From the IMG/VR virus record IMGVR_UViG_3300033121_001571: a stretch of DNA of 64,000 nt; one strand, 5' to 3'. Positions 60,535 to 64,000 of the stretch are shown piece by piece (position 1 is the stretch's first letter; the number at the start of each line of letters is the position of its first letter). This stretch comes from a virus (taxonomy: Duplodnaviria; Caudoviricetes). Below the pieces are notes generated by a model, which was not told where the DNA came from, did no database searches, and saw only the letters and a program-made list of their open reading frames with translations. The translations under genes and the position numbers were made by a program.

Positions 60535-61059
60535 TCAACCAAGACGTCTTTTTAACAAATAGATCAGGTTTTCATGGTCATCATAAATCTGTGCCAACAA
60601 GTTATCAACACCCATTGACATTCCACTTGCATTCATCATAGAAACTAACTCATTTATGACCATCAATAAACCGTTTTCAACGGCTAGCGAACATTTCACT
60701 AATTCTTTTTCATCATACGTTGCTGTGTGACAATACTTTGCAACAACTCTTTGAATGTGTTTAGTCTGAAGCACAGCATCAACACCAGTATCATAGCCAA
60801 TTCCAACAGCTTTTTCAGCAACTTTATCAACGTGATCTTGCGTGGTGCTATAGAGTCGTTCATACATCAAGTGATCACCATAAAAAGGATCACCTTTTGC
60901 GCGCCAGTGATTAGTTTGATGTATCAAAGCTGCAGATCTAAGATAGACTAGCAAGACAGACAGTTGAGGTTGGTTAGTAACAGATTCCCACTGTTCTAAT
61001 AAACGACTTAACTCTAGGTCAACGCTGCTTTCAAAGTTGAATCCTGTAACAGCTAACAT
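60535..61059 (-). CDS. Dps/ferritin-like protein
   Basis: HQTNHWRAKG..FYGDHLMYERLY...VDKVAEK. Confidence 0.85.
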   Translation of the reverse strand: MLAVTGFNFESSVDLELSRLLEQWESVTNQPQLSVLLVYLRSAALIHQTNHWRAKGDPFYGDHLMYERLYSTTQDHVDKVAEKAVGIGYDTGVDAVLQTKHIQRVVAKYCHTATYDEKELVKCSLAVENGLLMVINELVSMMNASGMSMGVDNLLAQIYDDHENLIYLLKRRLG

Positions 61060-62123
61060 TACTTTAGCCTCGAAACAAATCTTACTGTTGAAGAAGACTC
61101 AGGCACCCAAGTGACTGTGACTGGGTGACCTTTAGAATATAGTTCATAGTTAATATTTTTGACATACTTGTCAAGAACTCTCTCGTCCAGTTCTGACAGT
61201 GTACGACCCTTTGGCAAACTTGCTTTTACTGGCACCCACACTGTGCCAGGATCTATTCCTTCACTTAAAAGTGTTCCTGATTTATCTCTAAATTGAGACT
61301 CAATGACGTTATAAAGTTTTGAAACACTATCAACGTATTTATTTCTTGAAATTTGTTTATCAGTTAACAGTCTTTCTCTGATATCTTGTTTCTTTTGCGT
61401 AAAGACAACTTTTGGCAGAGTCACAGACTCATCTTGTCTCTCTTTGTCAATTTCAGCAATCTTTTTTTCTACTGCTTTCATAAGCTTTTTTTCATCAACA
61501 TGATAGTATGTAAAGTTTGCTTGTGCAAATCTCTTGACCGCAAGAAACATCGATTGATAATCCATTCTCTTACCATAGTCTTGTATGATAAGATCTGCTT
61601 GCTGATCGTACCAAAAATCTGACAGATCTAACAAATTTTCATCTGTTTTTTCTGCGTCTTTATCAGTCTTTTCTGGATCTGACAAAGCAAAAGAATAAGT
61701 GCTATCGTTGTTTTTTCTCTCTGATAAAATCATCTCAAGATGATCATCACCATCATACTTTTTAACTGCTTTCTCTAACAACTTTAAATCAGCTCTCTTA
61801 GCAGCAGAGAATCTCACTGTCTGATCGTTGTCAAACAAAAATTTGTTGACTTGAGAAACAGGTAAGAAAAATGTTGCTACTTTTCTAGCGACAGGAATTG
61901 TGCTTTCTGCAAGCTTTAATGTTGTCTTATTCGACAAAGATCTTTGAAGTTTTTTTCCATATAGAGTCTTTGTCTCTAACAAAGAGTGAGCCTCCTCAAG
62001 GACTTCCTCAAGAGGACCATCTCCTAAAAATGAGTTCCCTAAAACATACTTCAGTTCACACACCAGTTCATGCAAGAACTTTGCGTTCTGCACATGGTCT
62101 CTCAATGAAGAAAAGTTAAGCAT
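61059..62123 (-). CDS. Hypothetical protein (virion candidate)
   Basis: 354-aa ORF with upstream AT-rich TATTTA/TAATTA boxes. Confidence 0.7.
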   Translation of the reverse strand: MLNFSSLRDHVQNAKFLHELVCELKYVLGNSFLGDGPLEEVLEEAHSLLETKTLYGKKLQRSLSNKTTLKLAESTIPVARKVATFFLPVSQVNKFLFDNDQTVRFSAAKRADLKLLEKAVKKYDGDDHLEMILSERKNNDSTYSFALSDPEKTDKDAEKTDENLLDLSDFWYDQQADLIIQDYGKRMDYQSMFLAVKRFAQANFTYYHVDEKKLMKAVEKKIAEIDKERQDESVTLPKVVFTQKKQDIRERLLTDKQISRNKYVDSVSKLYNVIESQFRDKSGTLLSEGIDPGTVWVPVKASLPKGRTLSELDERVLDKYVKNINYELYSKGHPVTVTWVPESSSTVRFVSRLK

Positions 62124-62178
62124 TATGACTCTACACGTAATTATAGTTCTAAATATTTAGTGTAGACAATACATAAAC

Positions 62179-62206
62179 ATAAAGCGAGAATTTCTTCTCG
62201 CTTTAT
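62179..62206 (-). terminator. Terminator hairpin with GAAA tetraloop
   Basis: ATAAAGCGAGAA-GAAA-TTCTCGCTTTAT downstream of the HNH gene. Confidence 0.7.
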
Positions 62207-62227
62207 CCCGCCAGTCAACTATTGAGT

Positions 62228-62755
62228 TTATTTTTGAATGAATGTATCCCAGTCGGTGTGCCAAGCAGACGGAGATCCAAAATCCCAAAAGTGCATCTGC
62301 GATGGTGGAACTGGCTTACTAAGCAACTTGAGTTGCGCCTCTTCAGGCGTCTTATTTGCTTTTGCTTTGTTGCAGGGTTTACAACACGCAACACAGTTCG
62401 TCCAGCTAGTTGGACCTCCCCGTGAAGAAGGCAAGATGTGATCAATAGTGATCTCAGAATAAGAGAGCTTCTGAGAACAGTATTGACACTTCCATCCATC
62501 ACGGTTGAAAAGCACACGCTTTCTAAACTTGGGAACTTTGTGTGCTCCCTTGTTATTGATACGATACTTCATCCTGATCGTTGCAGGAATTTTGATAGAC
62601 TGCGATACCGTGCGTAACTCTTCATTCCACACAGACATGCTGTGTTCTGATGGAACAACCTCTGCCTTTCCCTTGTAAACAAGGGTAAAAGCTCTCCAAG
62701 GAGAGATAAAGTGTAACGGTTCGTACGTGGAGTTAAGTAACAAAGTTCGGTTCAT
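62228..62755 (-). CDS. HNH endonuclease (McrA-like 'LLLNxxYEPL' family); start revised to ATG 62755
   Basis: RDGWKCQYC, TIDHILP.SRGG, W.NCV.CC..CN..K. Confidence 0.92.
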   Translation of the reverse strand: MNRTLLLNSTYEPLHFISPWRAFTLVYKGKAEVVPSEHSMSVWNEELRTVSQSIKIPATIRMKYRINNKGAHKVPKFRKRVLFNRDGWKCQYCSQKLSYSEITIDHILPSSRGGPTSWTNCVACCKPCNKAKANKTPEEAQLKLLSKPVPPSQMHFWDFGSPSAWHTDWDTFIQK

Positions 62756-62819
62756 GCAAACCTCTTGCGTGTATAATAACACACAGTTTTGGGCTTTACA
62801 CTGCGTGAATAAATAGTAC

Positions 62820-63422
62820 TTAGCAGAACCAAACTTTACAAAACTCATATAAATCATCTTTTGTTAGAAACAATACTGATGGCGTATAATACTCGCTCAT
62901 TATTGCTCTTTCTGATGATAAGTGGTCTAAGTTCATAGCATGACCAATCTCGTGCATTATGATGACTTTTTTCATAGTTTCACCCATAAGCCTATCAAAA
63001 ACAACATATATTGAAACTCCACATGGACTATCACCTTCAAAAAAGGTCATTCCATACAAATTTTTTGGATAATTGATCTCATCCCACCTTACAACCCAAT
63101 CATCCGTAGATTTAGCTTCAAACACTTTGACGTATAAGACATTACTGACAACGTCTTCTTCATCAGCTGGACTATCACAAGTAAAAACTTTTGGTGCCCA
63201 AGTAAACTTGTTACTTGTGTGCACTCGCCAGCTATCAGCAGCAACATATGTAAAACGCTTGTTCTCTGGAGAGAGAGAAGACACGTCAATTACCATCTTG
63301 ACAGAGTGAAAATCAGAGTATTGAGTGTTTGGTTGTTTATTTACTGTACAACACAAACTGCACAGAACAAAAAAAAGTATCAGTAATTTCTTAAATGTTG
63401 CAGTGACGCTACGGCCACACAC
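62820..63422 (-). CDS. Second matrixin-family metalloprotease, exported
   Basis: HEIGHAMNLDH plus 'AIM' Met-turn; signal peptide; ATTACTTA box 5 nt upstream. Confidence 0.85.
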   Translation of the reverse strand: MCGRSVTATFKKLLILFFVLCSLCCTVNKQPNTQYSDFHSVKMVIDVSSLSPENKRFTYVAADSWRVHTSNKFTWAPKVFTCDSPADEEDVVSNVLYVKVFEAKSTDDWVVRWDEINYPKNLYGMTFFEGDSPCGVSIYVVFDRLMGETMKKVIIMHEIGHAMNLDHLSSERAIMSEYYTPSVLFLTKDDLYEFCKVWFC

Positions 63423-63444
63423 AAATCTAAGTAATAGACATAAT

Positions 63445-64000
63445 TCAGATCGGGTTTATAAGGTGCTTCATAAATGAAGTATAGTTGATATTTTTCTCAG
63501 AAACAACTGCTTCAATAGTTGCTAAAAACAATAGTTCTTCATTATTGAATGACTTCATAATCACGTCATTTTTAAACTTTGTCCAAGTTGGACTTAGTAT
63601 CTTTTCTTTTTTGAATAACTTATTTTCAATAATCAGCTCATTAAAAGCTTTTCGAACAAATTCTTTTGCGTTATCTTGCATAGAAGTTATACGATAGTTT
63701 CTAATGTACTTACTAAGTCTTGTTAAAGTCCACTCTGTTGAAAAATGTGAATCTATGTCTATCGATGAATTGTGTATGAGAGAAAGTACGCGGTTATCAT
63801 AGATCAATTTTTCATGATTAAAAGCAACTTTACAGTTTACTATGTCAAATTTTGACAAGACTTCGTCGATTGGACGACATTGTTTGATTACTTGCAAATG
63901 TGGATATGCAGATTTTGTAAATGGAGATTGCGCTGAAGCTATGTATTTCTCGTGTTCAGTTAAGAAGATGTTATACGCAAAATCTTTAATAGATTTTTCC
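63445..64000 (-). CDS. Hypothetical protein, probably truncated by the window edge
   Basis: FDIVNCKVAF motif resembles nucleotidyltransferase-like phage proteins. Confidence 0.5.
   Translation of the reverse strand, partial: EKSIKDFAYNIFLTEHEKYIASAQSPFTKSAYPHLQVIKQCRPIDEVLSKFDIVNCKVAFNHEKLIYDNRVLSLIHNSSIDIDSHFSTEWTLTRLSKYIRNYRITSMQDNAKEFVRKAFNELIIENKLFKKEKILSPTWTKFKNDVIMKSFNNEELLFLATIEAVVSEKNINYTSFMKHLINPI

Noticed and set aside
8458-63697. Numerous antisense or nested ORFs in the track (e.g. 8797, 10250, 21321, 38153, 45998, 58581)
   Set aside because: They are shadows of well-supported opposite-strand genes and have no motifs of their own.

Overview
This window is a gene-dense, AT-rich (about 35-40% GC by eye) piece of a large or jumbo tailed dsDNA bacteriophage genome, read with the standard genetic code. 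I saw no rRNA, tRNA or CRISPR array. The dominant feature is a DNA polymerase III alpha (dnaE) gene broken into five separately translated ORFs spread over about 18.4 kb (58253 to 39899, minus strand), with roughly 20 passenger ORFs between the pieces. Three junctions are rejoined by canonical split-intein pairs. The fourth junction carries only catalytically dead intein remnants (the distal half of an IntN and the first strand of an IntC), which suggests a non-covalent, intein-derived docking pair. A GC-rich foreign block bounded by 32-bp direct repeats duplicates one IntC-extein piece, so one IntN has two possible splice partners. Zinc-finger Vsr/PD-(D/E)XK homing endonucleases follow three of the four IntN-type ends. 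The window also holds a probable cytosine hypermodification kit (Asp-type thymidylate synthase homologue, glycosyltransferase, NDP-sugar epimerase, UDP-glucuronate decarboxylase, dNMP kinase). Other content: repair, stress and chaperone genes (GroEL, J-like domain, SOD, Dps, MBD4-like and DenV-like glycosylases, RNA ligase, 5'-3' exonuclease), exported proteases, arrays of small paralogues, and a dispersed GC-rich repeat. A family of unrelated proteins shares an N-terminal 'MKIxxxxLRxLIxE' leader. Most of these genes, and several others, are preceded by a TANTTA box 4-7 nt before the start codon. All protein calls come from motif recognition only; no database searches were run.
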